DNA of 64,000 nucleotides from the NCBI GenBank assembly GCA_951406725.2, contig OX597833.1, forward strand, positions 16,244,001-16,308,000, read 5' to 3'. Each line of letters opens with the position of its first letter. Position 1 is the stretch's first letter. The translations under genes were made by a program, and so were the position numbers. The notes under the pieces were generated by a model. That model was not told where the DNA came from and searched no databases. It worked only from the letters and a program-made list of their open reading frames with translations. Shown here piece after piece: positions 12,201-26,492 of the stretch. The stretch is from Octopus vulgaris (taxonomy: Eukaryota).

Positions 12201-12845
12201 CAGTTGTGGGATCAGATATGAAGACACAGCGATTTTGTATCTCTATTGATGTGGAGCATGAAATCATATTTTGAGAAAATATATCAAGTGGGGAATAGTG
12301 CCTCTTATTATGTAGTCATTAAATACGAAATGAGAAGGATTTAAGGGATAAAATACAAAATATTTCCCAAAAAAAAAAAAGGGATTCTTGACGTCCCTTG
12401 TTTGTAAGACTATTTTGATAAAGATACCAATAAAAGTCAACATGATAGAAATAACCACCACCGTATGGGCAATCGTGAGATTATGAAATTTTCGTTTCCA
12501 TTATTTGCAATATGTACAATGGAATTAGAATACGAGTCTCTGAAATTTGTAAAGGGTTAGTCGTCTGGAAGTGTGTAAGTATATAGATCAATTTATGAAC
12601 GAAAGCTAAAGGCAAATATAGTTATACAAAATTTTGTGTTATGTACATAATGGTATGGAAGTCAACAGACATAATCAAACAAGAAAAAAAAAGAGAAAGG
12701 AAGAAAGAAAAAGGAATAATGTTCATCTGTTGAAATATTCAACAAAAGGTAAGTATCAGTTTTTGACTCTGAGATTGCCACATATGTGAGCCACGAACGC
12801 ACACAACTGCGCATATACATACGTATATACATATACATGCGTATA

Positions 12846-12878
<33 letters not shown>

Positions 12879-12915
12879 CATTCATATATACATATAAATG
12901 TGTATATATATATAA

Positions 12916-12963
<48 letters not shown>

Positions 12964-13055
12964 TTATATGTATACATACATATATACATATATTTATAAA
13001 TTTATATAATGTGTATATATGCATATTTATATGTATATACACATATTGACATATA

Positions 13056-13110
<55 letters not shown>

Positions 13111-13260
13111 TTATATATATGTGTGTATATGTATATATATATACATATATATAAGTGTGTGTATATATGTATATTTATATACTTATATATATGTGTGTGC
13201 GTATAACATGGACACGCACATTTACACACATATACATAGGTAATAATGATAATAATAATG

Positions 13261-13326
<66 letters not shown>

Positions 13327-14265
13327 CCTGTGGCGAAGGCAGCAGATCTCGGCATATCAAATGTAAACATCGGAGACGTAATGGGTAATTGTATTGCAAG
13401 CCGTCTGTTTATATTCAATATTGACATCTGAAAGAGAGAGAAAAAGCAATAAGCAAAACGGTACGCAACAATGGCAGTAGATGAAGCTGTAGGATAGAAC
13501 GGAGAGAGAATGGGGAGAAGAAGAAGAAGAAGAAGAAGAAGAAGAAGAAGAAGCGATATTAAAGTAAACATCTAATGTCACAGCAAGACCGCCAATGTAC
13601 AACACGCGAATAGGGCGGATTGCAATAGTAGCAAAAACATTGGAAGTAATACGAAAAACGAAAAAAAAAAACTTGTTAAATTGTGACACAGGAAGGAAAA
13701 AGGAAAAAAAATGGTTTCCCACCATATTGCTTGAGATGTTTTGGTTGGTTGTGTTTGTTTCTTGACTATTGTTCTGTCAACTGTCCCCTTGTAATGTCTC
13801 CGTTTTCTGCGTTTTATTTCTCTCCTCGATTTTTTCATTCTTATATTTTCTTATCTTTTCGTCTTTTGCCTGCTTCGGTGGCTGAACTGCAGCCATGTTG
13901 GTGCACCGCCTCGAGGGATTTTTAGACGAATGAATTGACGCCAGTACTTTTTTGTTTGTTTTTTGTTGTGTGTGTGCGTGTTTTTTTTTTGTTTTTGTTT
14001 TTTCAAGCCTGGTACTTATTCTATCCATGTTTTTTGTTTTTTATGCAGAACCGATCACTTACGGGGACGAAAGCATACCGGTTGTTAAGCGGCGATGGTT
14101 GTCAAAAACAGACACAAGCACACATAAACAACATATATATACACACATATATATGTATCCATATATATGTATCCATATATATACATACATATACATATAT
14201 ACATACATATATCTACATATATATGTACACACAACTATATATATATAAACATATATATATATATA

Positions 14266-14302
<37 letters not shown>

Positions 14303-14306
14303 TCGA

Positions 14307-14582
14307 GACCGCCCAGGCTATCAGATGTTGCTACACATCGCTGGTCACAATGCGCTTCACGTTGTTTTAGCCTTCAAATGACGCCACCCCGCTGGTTAAG
14401 CGAGCAGGCCAACAGATGAAAGAGTTGCCGGAGCCTCGTGGAGCTTTAGGTGTTTTCGGTCAATTGACACTCACAACGCCCGGTCTGGGAATCGAAACGG
14501 CAATCCTACGACCGCGAGTCCGCTGCCCTAACTACTGGGCCCTTGCGCCTCCACACACACACGCACACACACACACACACCA

Positions 14583-14629
<47 letters not shown>

Positions 14630-14924
14630 ATTTGAACTTAGGAATAAAGACAAGCGACACCGCCCAGGCTATCGATGTTGCTACACATCGCTGGTCACAA
14701 TGCGCTTCACGTTGTTTTAAATTTTCAAATGACGCCACCCCGCTGGTTAAGCGAGCAGGCCAACAGATGAAAGAGTTGCCGGAGCCTCGTGGAGCTTTAG
14801 GTGTTTTCGGTCAATTGACACTCACAACGCCCGGTCTGGGAATCGAAACGGCAATCCTACGACCGCGAGTCCGCTGCCCTAACTACTGGGCCCTTGCGCC
14901 TCCACACACACACGCACACACACA

Positions 14925-14973
<49 letters not shown>

Positions 14974-14975
14974 CT
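14307..14975 (-). repeat. Tandem duplication of an internally deleted SINE family C (tail type 2) copy
   Basis: 14307-14630 and 14657-14975 are nearly identical, including the same deletion junction (aaagag|ttgccgg). Confidence 0.85.
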
Positions 14976-15468
14976 ATAAATATATATATATATATATATA
15001 TAGTTTTGCCTTAAGAAACCATTTACTATTAAGGTTCATCTTTTTTATGATCTGAGTTCAAATCTCGATGGTTCTTTCATTTGTTTTCCATCAATACTGA
15101 TATAGATGTGTTCTTGGCTGATTCGTTAAAGTTTCAAACTAAATAAATTATGGGCATGTTTTTCTAGCGCTTTACGTTCTTACTGCAAATCCCACCGCGG
15201 TCAACTTAGTCCTACATCTTTCCTGGATCGATACAATCAAAAGAACTGGGATCGATGTAATCGGATCGAGCCCTCCTCCTAAGAAAACTGTGTATCATGT
15301 ACCAAAATTTAAAACCATTATTGAGGCGACAAACTGGCAAAAGCGTAGCATATCGGGCAAAATGTTTAGCGGTGTCCCGCTTGTCTTTATGTCCTAAGTT
15401 CAAATTCCGTTCAGGTCAAATTTGCCATTCGTCCTTTCAGGGGGTGGTAAAATTAAAGTAACAGTAAT

Positions 15469-16045
15469 AGGCGTAGGAGTGGCTGTGTGGTAAGTAGCTT
15501 GCTTACGAACCACATGGTTCCGGATTCATTCCCACTGTGTGGCACCTTCGGCAAGTGTCTTCTACTACAGCCTCGGGCCGACCAAAGCCTTGTGAGTGGA
15601 TTTGGTAGATGGAAACGGAAAGAAGTCCGTCGTCAGCCGAAATTGCGAGGATGATCCGGTTCTTGACTGAAGATTAGAGGCTTCGAATGACCCGTCCGTT
15701 TTTTGTGTCGTCTATTTGAGTGTTTTGCGTTCTTGTCCCATTTTGTATTTTTATATATATTTTTTATACATATAGTTCTTATATATATATGTGTGTGTGT
15801 GTGTGTGTATGTGTGTGTGTGTATGTTTGTGTGTCTGTATGTCCCCACCCCCAACCCCCAACATCGCTTGACAACTGATGCTGGTGTGTTTACGTCCCCG
15901 TAACTTAGCGGTTCGACAAAAGAGACCGATAGAATAAGTTCTAGGCTTACAAAGAATAAGTCCTGGGCTCAATTTGCTCGACTAAAGACGGTGCTCCAGC
16001 ATGGCCATAGTCACATGACTGAAACAAGTAAAAGAGTAAAGAGAG
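15469..16045 (+). mobile_element. SINE family A with a ~145-bp foreign insert (15634-15780) at its internal microsatellite
   Basis: Head aggcgtaggagtggctgtgtgg; the insert matches 49243-49360. Confidence 0.85.
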
Positions 16046-16075
16046 TCAAGTACGGACATCGATGTAATTGGCTGC

Positions 16076-16368
16076 GGATCTTTTCACTTTGACCGGCAGA
16101 TTTTTAAAATAATTTCTTTGTAACTAAACACTTTTAAACTTCGTTTACTGGTAGAATTGTATTCACCTCAACAGACGTCATTGATTGGTTGAAATTGCCG
16201 AAATGCAAGAAATTTAACAACAAATAGCTTACAAACTACAGAATTTTCTCAAGAAAGCCAAGAGAAAAAGATGTTTTATGTAACACATTCTACCAGTATA
16301 CGAAGTTTAAAAGTGTTTAGTTACAAAGAAATTATTTCAAAATTCTGCCGGTCAAAGTGAAAAGATCC
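16076..16368. mobile_element. MITE with GGATC ends and 8-bp TSD
   Basis: ggatcttttcactttgaccggcaga...tctgccggtcaaagtgaaaagatcc; TSD ttggctgc on both sides. Confidence 0.9.
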
Positions 16369-17128
16369 TTGGCTGCTCCACACCAGACTTAAAAAACTGC
16401 TGGCCTTGTGCTAAAATTTATAAATAATTATTTCCTCTTTCTTTCACTCATCGCTGATGTTGCAATTGCTAGAGTGTGGGCGTATTATATATGCTTTCAC
16501 TAATGGCGTCTCTTTGACTTGGGTTGTTTTTTTTTTTATTCATTTTCTTACCATGCAGTTTCATGATTAAGATGAGATCTTTTTAACGTGTCTGCCTAAA
16601 GCCTGTTTACAAACGCAGTGCTATTTCTTAATTAATTACTTCCAGTTTTTGAAAAGCAGAAATTCTATAAAACATTTTATTTCTATTCAGTTTGACCTAG
16701 ACGTCTCTGGAAGTGAACTTAATTGAAATATTTAGGTTTTGATTTTTTTTTCACAATACATTCGATTCATATTTTTACACGAATAACCATTTAAAAATGC
16801 TTGTAATTTTATTATATTGTTTATCACATAAAAAGATTTGATTGAATTTTTTTAACATTTTAATAGGATTTTTTTATGACGACTTGATTGATAATAACGT
16901 CGGTTTAGTTACTTCCAGATCAAGCAGGACGAATAGAAACAGGTATTTCAGTGAAGACGAAGAAAAACAGTACAAACCAGTTCACTCTGCAGCTAGACTA
17001 GTATTTCCCAGACACTTGATCTCTTTCATTTAAGTGTGCTCAGAAACAACAGTAAAATGTTGACGACCAAATCATTTGTCACCTACATCCGATTTTTCGC
17101 CGAGCAGATGTTCAAAAGGAAATATTTT

Positions 17129-17282
17129 CTGTGTGGTAAGTAGCTTGTTTACCAACCACATGGTTCCGGTTCAGTCCCACTGCATGGCACCTTGGGCAAA
17201 TGTCTTCTACTATAGCCTCGGGCCGACCAATGCCTTGTGAGTGGATTTGGTAGACGGAAACTGAAAAGAAGCCCGTCGTACT

Positions 17283-17324
<42 letters not shown>

Positions 17325-17556
17325 TGTGTGTGTTTGTGTGTCTGTGTTTGTCCCCCTAGCATTGCTTGACAACCGATGCTGGTGTGTTTCTGTCCCCGTT
17401 ACTTAGCGGTTTGGCAAAAGAGACCGATAGAATAAGTCCTGGGCTTTCGAAAGAATAAGTCCCGGGGTCGAGTTGCTCGATTAAAGGCGGTGCTCCAGCA
17501 TGGCCGCAGTCAAATGATTGAAACAAGTAAAAGAGTAAAAGAGTAAAAAGAGTAAA
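17129..17556 (+). mobile_element. SINE family A
   Basis: Matches the family consensus. Confidence 0.9.
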
Positions 17557-17600
17557 TGTTTTCATCGCGTGACATTCAACATTCAATTTATGGATATGGA

Positions 17601-18270
17601 AAAGGTGGCGATCTAGCAGAAACATTAGCACGCCGGGCGAAATGCTTAGCGGTATCTCGTCTACCGCTACGTTCTGAGTTCAAATTCCACCGAGGTCGAA
17701 TTTGCCTTTCATCCTTTCGGAGTCGATTAAGTAAGTCCCAGTTACGCACTGGGGTCGATGTAATCGACTTAATCCCTTTGTCTGTCCTTGTTTGTCCTCT
17801 CTATGTTTAGCCCCTTGTGGGTAGTAAAGAAATAAGAAACGTTAGCACGCCGGGCGAAATACTCAGCGGTATTTCGTCTGCCGCTACGTTCTGAGTTCAA
17901 ATTCCACCGAGGTCGAATTTGCCTTTCATCCTTTCGGAGTCGATTAAATAAGTACCAGTTACGCACTGGGGTCGAGTAATCAACTTAATTCGTGTGTCTG
18001 TCCTTCTTTATCGCCTCTGTGTTTAGCCCCTTGTGGGTAGTAAAGAAATAGGTATTTCATCTGTCGCTACGTTCTGAGTTCAAATTCCACCGAGGTCGAC
18101 TTTGCCTTTCATCCTTTCGAGGTCGATAAATTAAGTACCAGTTATGCACTGGAGTCGATGTAATCGACTTAATCCCATTGTCTGTCCTTGTTTGCCCCCT
18201 CTATGTTTAGCCCCTTGTGGGCAATAAAGAAATAAGAAACGTTAGCACGCCGGGTGAAATGCTTAGCGGA
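17601..18270 (+). mobile_element. SINE family B tandem array (~3 units)
   Basis: Repeats of ggtatttcgtctg...gagttcaaattcc...gcctttcatcctttcgg...ccccttgtggg...taaagaaat. Confidence 0.9.
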
Positions 18271-18844
18271 GCAATGTGAATTGAAGTGTTTTGCTCAACG
18301 TGTCGCCCGGTTCAGGAATCGAAACCACAATCTTACGATCATGATGCTGACACCCTAACCACTAAGCTGCGCGCCTCCACATTTTTTAACTCATACACTA
18401 CATATATGTGTAAATGTTTCATTTGTGTGTGTATATATTTGTGTCACTTATATAAGAGAGTATACTGAATCATAAATGTGTGTATGTATGTATATACATA
18501 TACACACGCACACACACACATACACACATACAGAGGTAGTGTGCATGTACACACTTAAAAGTTAACTTAGAAGTTTGACAGCACAGGATTTGCTAATCCG
18601 TCTGGATATAGGTATATATGTAAATATAGAGATAAGAGCAAATGTGTTTGAGAAGATTAAACGAAAGCTCTCAGACACTACAAAAAAAAATTTTCCCAAA
18701 AACAGGGTGGTAACATCCTAATAAAAGACTTCATAACATTTTTTTTAATATAATTTTTGTTTTAAAAACCACCTTTACACTTCAAAACTGTATTAATTCT
18801 CATACTTTCCAATATATATTAGATAGATAGATAGATAGATAGAT

Positions 18845-18997
18845 AACTTTATTGGCCACACAGATAACTTTATTGGCCACACAGGGCTGGACACAGAGGG
18901 GACGAATACAAATGCAGAGCTTTTATTTTCGAAGATGGAAAAAAGGAAAAAGAAAAAAAAGGAAACAAAAGTAAAATATCGATCAAAAGGATCGAAA

Positions 18998-19077
<80 letters not shown>

Positions 19078-19205
19078 CTTTATTGGCCACACAGGGCTGG
19101 ACACAGAGGGGACGAATACAAATGCAGAGCTTTTATTTTCGAAGATGGAAAAGGAAAAAGAAAAAAAAGGAAACAAAAGTAAAATATCGATCAAAAGGAT
19201 CGAAA

Positions 19206-19210
<5 letters not shown>
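18845..19210 (-). mobile_element. Duplicated short 3' end of a probable Tx1-like retroposon in (GATA)n
   Basis: Reverse complement ends gtcccctctgtgtccagccctgtgtggccaataaagtt; two near-identical units separated by GATA repeats. Confidence 0.6.
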
Positions 19211-19274
<64 letters not shown>

Positions 19275-19300
19275 CAGACAAGAAGACAGGCAGACAGAAT

Positions 19301-19344
<44 letters not shown>

Positions 19345-19353
19345 CAGACAGAC

Positions 19354-19435
<82 letters not shown>

Positions 19436-19888
19436 GCAAGTTGGCAGGTATGTAGGTTTTCTGAATTTTCTGAATTTCAGAAAATTGTATTTTTAATATG
19501 TTTCAAGGACCATTGCGTATTGGGTTGTTATCGGCGCATGAGCAAAATGTGTAATCAATTTTGAATTTTTTCTATATCTTATATAATGCATACTGTTTTA
19601 TTTTGTTTTTTTAAAATTTATTGTACTTTTGCTTTGTTTATTTTCTGTGGTTTTTATTTGTTTTTTCCTTGTTTTTTTCCTTGTTCTATATATCACCATC
19701 GTCCAAATCACGGGAATGAGAAACTCAGATGTACGTTTTAAGAAGCTTTCAGCTTCTAATAAATATAATAATATTATATATATATATATAACGGGAAGCT
19801 TTATGAAAATAGACAAAAGACGAAGGCAGGTGGAAAACAAACAAACAATTGTATTAGTATGGCGCTCAGGAAATATAAATAAAACAAG

Positions 19889-19926
19889 TCTTTAACGTTT
19901 CGAGCCTACGCTCTTCAACAGAAAGA
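19889..19926 (-). ncRNA. Minimal hammerhead ribozyme (A6U core variant) in a short insert within (TA)n
   Basis: Reverse complement: tcttt-CTGTTGA-a-gagc-gtag-gctc-GAAACGTT-aaaga; perfect stems I and II. Confidence 0.65.
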
Positions 19927-20622
19927 TACACAGAAAGATATATATATATATATATATATATATAAGCATTCCACTATTGTACGACTTCTACACACACTTT
20001 CTCTATACTTCACTAGTCTCTGTCTTTCTCTTTTCTTGCCTCTGATTCTTTGGTCTCCTCTTCCCCCACTCTCTCACATTTCTCTGTCTTTCTCACTTTG
20101 CACCTCACTGATTCTGTCGCCAAACCAATCCATGGCACGCTCTCTTTCTTCTCCCCTCTTTAATTCCTTCTTTCTCTCTCTTCTTCCCCCCCTCCTTTGG
20201 TGCCTTTGTCCCTCTTTTTCTCTCTCTCTTTGATTCCTTTGCCCCCTTTTTTTCTCACTCTTCTCCTCTCACGTGACCGCCGGTCAACTAGCCTTTCGGC
20301 TTCTGACCACCGCCACGACAACATCGTTTTCTTCGTCTGCCGCAAAGGCATTTTTTTCCAAATACGCCAGCTCAACTAAGTTGAACTGTCTAAAGTCGTA
20401 AGACACCCGCTGTTTTTGTCCTGTTATTACTATTATTGTTTTTTGTATTTATATTCGCGTGGCATCGTCCGTTTTTCTCTCCTTGTTTCGATCCTTTTTC
20501 CAAGAAATCTAATGCTCGTAGCTTATTTTTTCCTTGCGGCTGGCATATATATATACTTATACATATACATATATATATATATACATATATATATACATAT
20601 ACATACATATACATACATATAT

Positions 20623-21022
20623 ACTCTCTTTTACTCTTTTACTTGTTTCAGTCATTTGATTGTGGCCATGCTGGGGCACCGCCTTTAGTCGAGCAAATCG
20701 ACCCCAGGACTTATTCTTCGTAAGTCTAGGACTTATTCTATCGGTCTCTTTTGCCGAACCGCTAAGTTACGGGGGCGTAAACACACCAGCATCGGTTGTC
20801 AAGCGATGTTGAGGGGACAAACACAAACACAAACACACAAGCATATACACACACATACATATATATATACGACGGGCTTCTTTCAGTTTCCGTCTACCAA
20901 ATCCACTCCCAAGGTTTTAAGCTACCCAAGGCTATAGTAGAAGACACTTGCCCAAAGTGCACACATTGGGACTGAACCCGGAACCATGTGGTTGGTAAGC
21001 AAGCTACTTACCACACAGCCAC
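20623..21022 (-). mobile_element. SINE family A
   Basis: Matches the family consensus. Confidence 0.9.
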
Positions 21023-21056
21023 ATATGTACGCATAAGCTATATATATATATGTATT

Positions 21057-21104
<48 letters not shown>

Positions 21105-21218
21105 ATAATGATAACGATAATACGTAATTAATACTCTTACTTTATTGAATAGTCTCATATTTCTTTCCTGCTCAAACTATGTTCCTCACACACACACACA
21201 CATAATTACACATGTCTA

Positions 21219-21321
<103 letters not shown>

Positions 21322-21406
21322 ATGTATATATATATATGTATGTATATATATATATATATATATTTATTTATTTATATATATATATATTTATTTATATATA
21401 TATTTA

Positions 21407-21482
<76 letters not shown>

Positions 21483-21557
21483 TTATATATATATTGATAT
21501 ATATAAATATATATACATTGATATATATAAATATATATATATATTGATATATATACA

Positions 21558-21590
<33 letters not shown>

Positions 21591-22111
21591 TATATATATA
21601 TTTATATATATATATTTATACATATAAATATACACTTGTGTATATTTACGTATATATATGTATCTATGTATGTGCGTATATGTACATGCAGCTCTGTGTG
21701 TGTATGCGAATATGTACGTAAATGAAACAAACAGCGGGAACTCTATATTCTGGTTTGTATAACGAACCCAATACGACAAGATGGCATCTCATCAATAACA
21801 TGCGGAATGGGTTTAACGTAGATTAAGTTGGATTTATGAGGTACACATTGGCTCAAAGACAGGTGAGCAAATGAATATATGTGTCTGCAAATACACGCAT
21901 ATGTTCCGATGCATGTATGTATGTATGTATGTATGTAGGTGTGTATATTTGTGTGCGTGTATGTATGTATATGCGTGTGTTTGTATTAGTAAGCAGACGC
22001 AATTTTATCTGTACAACACACATACAAATAAATATATATATATACATTGTATAATTTATATATACACATACGTATACAAGTATGTAAGCGTGCACGCGCA
22101 CGCACTCACGC

Positions 22112-22144
<33 letters not shown>

Positions 22145-22180
22145 CATGTATATGTGTGTGTATACATATACATGTATATA

Positions 22181-22214
<34 letters not shown>

Positions 22215-22240
22215 CATGTGTATATATATATACACATGTA

Positions 22241-22292
<52 letters not shown>

Positions 22293-22295
22293 GGG

Positions 22296-22369
<74 letters not shown>

Positions 22370-23292
22370 TATGTGTGTGTGTGTATGTATGTATGTATGT
22401 ATGTATGTATGTATGTATTTATATATACATCCATTGTCGTTTGCCTATTGTAAAACTAATATCGCCTTCAATGATGCTATAGAAAACAACTCATCTCTTT
22501 CATTTAGTCCTTATATTGATATAATATAAGTAATATCCGGGAGAAAATTTCGTAAAATTATAAAGAATGCGTTTACTAAATTATAGAACAGCCACAATGA
22601 ACTAATAAGATGGACTTTATGCATTGAGCTAATATACATATAAGAGAGAACTATGGTTGAAAATATGGATTGCATAAACTAAATAGAAACTGAAAACTGT
22701 AGAACTGTTTAAAGAAACCAGGATATAATCTGTTCATGTGGTGGTACTTTAAGTGCTGTTGGAGTCCTAAGACTGATTGGGACGCCTACCTGGGTTCCAA
22801 GTCATACATGTGACCAAGGTCACCCCATATCCTTTGAATGAGACGTCAGTCCGTTGCAGAGTTACTCATTTACAAATGACAGTGAATTCGTCGTAGGGAG
22901 CAGAAAATGCAACGTTTCGAATAAAGTCCTTCTTCAGGAGAAAGTTGACAGGCGAGAAATTAAGGAGACACAGCTGAGGTTTGCATCTTCTAAACAAAAC
23001 GAAAACTGCCTGCAGCTCTTTTATGGCTGAGTGAACTGCAACAACATGAAATGAAGTGTTTTGCTCAAGAATGCAAAGCAGCGGCCGGTCCAGGAATCGA
23101 AACTACAAAATTACGATCGTGCGAGTGTTACGTGAGCATAACACTCTACATACTAGGCCACGTGTCTTCACCAATCGGTGGTCATGTGTCAAGAATGTTG
23201 GAATGATGGCCTAATATTTTTAGAATAATTAGTTTTGTTCATTGACGTTCTAAGTTCAAAGCTCTTGCTGTTACCGATATGCAACGAATATA

Positions 23293-23523
23293 TATTTCTT
23301 TACTACCCACAAGGGGCTAAACATAGAGAGGACAAACAAGGACGGACAAACGGATTAAGTCGATTACATCGACCCAGTGCGAAACTGGTACTTTATTTAT
23401 CGACCCCGAGAGGATGAAAGGCAAAGTTGACCTCGGCGGAATTTGAACTCAGAACATAACGACAGACGAAATAAGGCTAAGCATTTCGCCGGCGCGCTAA
23501 CGCTTCTGCCAGCTCGCCGCCTT
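23293..23523 (-). mobile_element. SINE family B monomer with TSD
   Basis: TSD atgcaacgaatata on both sides. Confidence 0.9.
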
Positions 23524-23694
23524 ATGCAACGAATATAAACTACGAACTGTAACGCGAACAGCGTTAATCTCCACGCCAAACGACAATCTAGAGTAAAAGG
23601 GAAAATTTTACGCGTTAGTAGTATTATTTCATGCTTAATCCTAGATCAGTGTCACCAGAGCAGAGATATGACAAAAAATATAAGGCCAATACTT

Positions 23695-23850
23695 ACCTAT
23701 ATTGAAGGTCATCTCGGGTGAATAGGGGGTGTGAACCAGATGGTTTTCCTATTCCTATGTTTCCTCTTCTTTATTGTTGGGCTGGTGGCAGGTGTATAGG
23801 TTATTTCCTCGCTAAAACCACTATCTTTTAGAGCATTATTATATACTGGG
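23695..23850 (-). mobile_element. PLE (Naiad-type) RT-EN linker fragment
   Basis: PVYNNALKDSGFSEEITY...RNRKTIWFTPP. Confidence 0.7.
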
Positions 23851-24297
23851 CGCACATGTGTAGGTATGAACGGACGCGCTTACGCGAATACTATGAACTT
23901 TTTACCCCTTACTTTACTTTCTCCCCTAACTTAGCTGTCATTCGAATAGCTCTTTTGTCTTGATAACGGTCAATCACACAGTAATTTCACTTTGTATAAC
24001 GGTCATTTTTAATAGCATTTTTCCGATGGCCGGATAACTGAAGAGATGTATGTATGTCTGTATATGTGTGTGAGAGAGAGTGTGCATGTATGTATATATG
24101 TGTGTGTATGTGTATGTTTGTACGGATGTATATATACATATGTATGTGTGTTTAAGTATCTATATATACTCATATGTCTATTAAACATATGCATATGTAC
24201 ATGTACGTGTGTATGAAGCCATGTGATCTAGTAATTCGGCTGATACCCACAAGATCGTAGTTTCAGTTCCCAGCAAAGCACTTCATTTCTCTTTATT

Positions 24298-24532
24298 CTT
24301 ATTTCTTTATTGTCCACAAGGGGCTAGACATAGCGGGGACAAACAAGGACAGACAAAAGGTTTTAATCGATTACATCGACCCCAGTGCGTAACTGGTACT
24401 TAATTTATCGACCCCGAAAGGATGAAAGGCAAAGTCGACCTCGGCGGAATTTGAACTCAGAACGTAACTGCAGACGAAATACGGCTACGCATTTCGCCCG
24501 GCGTGCTAACGGTTCTGCCAGCTCGCCGCCTT
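24298..24532 (-). mobile_element. SINE family B monomer
   Basis: Matches the family consensus. Confidence 0.9.
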
Positions 24533-24777
24533 ATTTCTCTTTATTCTGCGATCACTTCCACATCTGACGTGTAGTACACCTGTGCACCTGTTCAGGTAAT
24601 GCCGATTTGATGGAGAGAAAGAGAGAGCTAATGTTCAGCACAAACATTTGATCACTACAAATAAATCATTTGTGTAATTTATTCCGTAAGAAGCGACAGA
24701 ACCTTGAGCTATCCCTTTCAACAGTAGAGTCCACGACATAACTATTTGATTATTATACTCTCTCTTTAAACACATAT

Positions 24778-24995
24778 CTTACTCTTTTACTTGTTTCAGT
24801 CATTTGACTGCGGCCATGCTGGAGCACCGCCTTTAATCGAGCAACTCGACCCCGGGACTTATTCTTTTGTAAGCCCAGTACTTATTCTAACGGTCTCTTT
24901 TGCCGAACCGCTAAGTAACGGGGACATAAACACATCAGCACCGGTTGTCAAGCAATGCTAGGGGGACAAACACAGACACACAAACACACACACGC

Positions 24996-25026
<31 letters not shown>

Positions 25027-25192
25027 TACGACGGGCTTCTTTCAGTTTCCGTCTACCAAATCCACTCACAAGGCTTTGGTCGGCCCGTTCCTATAGTATA
25101 AGACACTTGCCCGAGGTGCCACGCAGTGGGACTGAACCCGGAACCATGTGGTTGGTAAACAAGCTACTTAACACACAGCCACTCCTGCGCCT
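24778..25192 (-). mobile_element. SINE family A
   Basis: Matches the family consensus. Confidence 0.9.
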
Positions 25193-26016
25193 ATACAAAT
25201 GAGTTCCCATACTATTTTTTTTTAATTGCTTTATGTTCTTTCCAAATCTTGAAAACTATGGATTTCAGTATTTGATATTAAACACGACTTAATTTAGTTA
25301 TTTGGAAAATAAATATTGACATTTTCTGCAGCAAATAAAATTGTGATTTTTTAAAAATAAAATTGTGATTTATTAACTCATATTAATTCAGATAAACAGA
25401 TGAAACCAGTTACAGAATATTTGTCAACAAATTAACGGATTATTTTGTAAACAATAGTTGCAAACTGTAAAATCCGAATGCAGAACTATTATTGCACCAA
25501 GGGAAAGCCAGATTGGCAAATAGCACTTACTATTTCACAGCTCCTGAGAAAACAGAAGCAATTTATTTCTAATTCCGTAATTGTACTACACCTAATTAAT
25601 GAACTAGCCAATCAAGGTATCAAAAGAAAATTATTTTCTGTTTGACGTTTCAGCAAATTGAACGAACCGAAATTCTGTGAAAATTTGCTTTTAATTCCTC
25701 AACAGTTTGATTGAAAATGGTAGTAGATTACATTCTAAAGATAATTGAAGTCGAAAATAAATCAAAGAAATTGCTGACGTAGTGATGGAACACATTGAAT
25801 AGGTAATGCAAAAGAAATATAGATTACCTTCACCAGAGAAAGACGTGTTAGAGCATTTGGTGGATTTAACTGTGAAGAAGAAGAGTATAATGTATTCTCA
25901 AATTTAAAGTGATGAGGAATACTTTTAATTTTGGTATTTATTGTCCGGTAGAACATTTTGAGCATTTTCTAATATTTCTGTACAGTAGGAGTTCCGTTAC
26001 TGGTTTAAGTCTTTAA

Positions 26017-26492
26017 AGGCGGCGAGCTGGCAGAAACGTTAGCCCGCCGGGCGAAATGCTTAGCGGTATTTCGTCTGTCGTTACGTTATGAGTTCAAATT
26101 CCGCCGAGGTCGACTTTGCCCTTCATCCTTTCGGGGTCGATAAATTAAGTACCAGTTACGCACTGGGGTCGATGTAATCGACTTAATCCGTTCGTCTGTC
26201 CTTGTTTGTCCCCTCTATGTTTAGCCCCTTGTTGGTAATAAAGAAATAGAAATAGGTATTTCGCCTGTCTTTACGTTCTGAGTTCAAATTCTGCCGAGGT
26301 CGACTTTGCCTTTCATCCTTTCGCGTTCACTTAAATAAACACCAGTTACGCACTGGGGTCGATGTAATCGACCTAATCCTTTTGTCTGTCCTTGTCTGTT
26401 CTCTCTGTGTTTAGCCCCTTGTGGATAGTAAAGAAATAGGTATTTCGTCTGCCGCTACGTTCTGAGTTCAAATTCAAGTAGTAAAGAAATAG
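26017..26492 (+). mobile_element. SINE family B multimer (~2.3 units) bounded by a single TSD
   Basis: TSD ggtttaagtctttaa on both sides. Confidence 0.9.

Noticed and set aside
13325-13450. Possible minus-strand host exon after ctctctctttcag
   Set aside because: It has a good acceptor but no donor, no recognisable peptide and no partner exons; it cannot be supported without RNA data.
14307-14975. ORF 14416-14979 with an internal repeat
   Set aside because: It is the antisense reading of a tandemly duplicated SINE, and the duplication may itself be an assembly artefact.
16905-17035. Possible plus-strand terminal exon after acttccag
   Set aside because: It is short, has no recognisable homology and has no linked exons.
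22905-22944. Minus-strand CTGAAGA...GAAACGTT hammerhead-like motif
   Set aside because: There is no convincing stem I; at best a decayed copy.
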